The notes beneath the pieces are model-generated. The model was given only the letters and a program-made list of their open reading frames with translations, searched no databases and was not told where the DNA came from. Below, one piece after another: positions 62,546 through 64,000 of a stretch of DNA of 64,000 nucleotides (position 1 is its first letter; the number at the start of each line of letters is the position of its first letter). The stretch is taken from NCBI RefSeq assembly GCF_009914755.1, contig NC_060939.1; one strand, given 5' to 3'. The DNA comes from the human T2T-CHM13v2.0 reference genome, Homo sapiens. The translations under genes and the position numbers were made by a program.

Positions 62546-64000
62546 AGGTAAGCAATTATTTCATTTCCTTGGTGAAGGGGTGGCCTGCCCCTCCACACCT
62601 GTGGGTATTTCTAGTCGGGTGGGACAAGAGACTGAGAAAACAAATAAGACACAGAGACAAAGTATAGAGAAACAACAGTGGGCCCAGGGGACCGGCACTC
62701 AACACACCAAGGACCTGCACTGGCACCGGCCTCTGAGTTCCCTCAGTTTTTATTGATTATTATTTTCATTATTTCAGCAAAAAGGAATGTAGTAGGAGAG
62801 CAGGGTGATAATAAGGAGAAGGTCAGCAAAAAACATGTGAGCAAAGGAATCTATGTCATAATTAAGTTCAAGGGAATGTACTATGACTGGACGTGCACGT
62901 AAGCCAGATTTATGTTTCTCTCCACCCAAACATCTCAGCGGAGTAAAGAATAACAAGGCAGCATTACTGCAAACATATCTCGCCTCCCACCATAGGGCGG
63001 TTTTTCTCCTATCTCAGAATTGAACAAATGTACAATCGGGTTTTATACCGAGACATTCAGTTCCCAGGGGCAGACAGGAGACAGTGGCCTTCCTCTATCT
63101 CAACTGCAAGAGGCTTTCCTCTTTTACTAATCCACCTCAGCACAGACCCTTTACGGGTGTCGGGCTGGGGGACAGTCAGGTCTTTCTCATCCCACGAGGC
63201 CATATTTCAGACTATCACACGGGGAGAAAACTTGGACAATACCCCGCTTTCAAGGGCAGAGGTCCCTGCAGCTTTCCACAGTACATTGTGCCCATGGCTT
63301 ATTGAGACTAGAGAATGGCGATGACTTTCACCAAGTATACTGCTTGTAAACATTTTGTTAACAAGGCACGTCCTGCACAGCCCTGGATCACTTAAACCTT
63401 GATTTTATACAACACATGTTTTTGTGAGCTCCAAGTTGGGTCACAGTGGTTGGGTCAAAGTGGCTGGGGCAAAGCTACAAATTAACAACATCTCAGCAAA
63501 GCAATTGTTTAAAGTACAGGTCTTTTTCAAAATGGAGTCTCTTATGTCTTTCCTTTCTACATAGACACAGTAACAGTCTGATCTCTCTTTTCCCTTCACT
63601 TGGCCTGACAGCATTGACTTCATTACACAAGAACTTGCAGCTGACAGAACTGACACACAGATTTCCCCCAAGAGGAAGAACCCTTTTCATTTGCAGAGAT
63701 GAATTGAAATGTCATGTCTGAGTGCAATTCCTGCTCCCCACTCCCACCCCACAAAATCCTATAAGTGATAATAAATCAATAAAATCCCCATGATTTACTA
63801 AAAGTCATCCCTGCAAACCTTTCTAACTAGCAGCTGCAGTGGATAACCAAGAAGGGAAGCAGCTGGCCATCACATAGCATTCCTGTGAGTGTGAGAATGA
63901 AGGGACAGCAGCATGGGAGCGAGAATCCTGAATGAGTGAGAGGTATAGATAATCTACCTCACTTCATACCTGCCCCTTCCCTACATAAGACATCTCTGTC
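62545..64000 (-). pseudogene. GABARAPL3: 3'UTR end of a GABARAPL1-derived processed pseudogene, split by LTR5; CDS lies beyond the window
   Basis: 63599-64000 joined to 62545-62572 reads ...gtcaatgctgtcaggccaaggaaatgaaataattgcttaccttaaaaaa, matching the recalled GABARAPL1 3' end. Confidence 0.65.
62573..63598 (-). mobile_element. HERV-K (HML-2) solo LTR, LTR5A/LTR5B type
   Basis: 1026 bp. Minus strand begins tgaagggaaaagagagatcagactgttactgtgtctatgtagaaagg and ends gaggggcaggccaccccttca; TSD cttgg at 62568-62572 and 63599-63603. Confidence 0.93.

Noticed and set aside
62678-63721. ORFs inside the LTR as HERV-K genes
   Set aside because: This is a solo LTR with no gag, pol or env sequence.

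Overview
Human (primate) genomic DNA with no intact protein-coding gene and about 60 Alu elements or fragments. Contents in order: (i) a processed NIFK (MKI67IP) pseudogene on the minus strand, nested inside a split AluJ and itself interrupted by an AluS; (ii) a chr15-type golgin core duplicon, comprising a GOLGA2/GOLGA6-like unprocessed pseudogene with a large internal deletion, a ~3.5 kb AT-rich inserted 3'UTR, the resumed GOLGA2 3'UTR and a tail-to-tail DNM1 3'UTR fragment, ending at ~17770; (iii) ~45 kb of repeat-dense intergenic DNA (L1, ERV1/MaLR/ERVL LTRs, DNA transposons); (iv) a HERV-K(HML-2) LTR5A/B solo LTR inserted into the 3' end of a minus-strand retrocopy that I recognise as GABARAPL1-derived (GABARAPL3). 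From recall rather than a search, this order fits 15q26.1 (GOLGA2P8-GABARAPL3). I found no support for a wholly new biological system. The best leads are a 114-bp-arm non-Alu hairpin in the golgin 3'UTR, an inverted Alu-bounded paralog insertion forming a quasi-palindrome, three candidate 3' transductions, and an LTR positioned to replace a retrogene's poly(A) signal. Repeat subfamily calls and boundaries are by eye and approximate.
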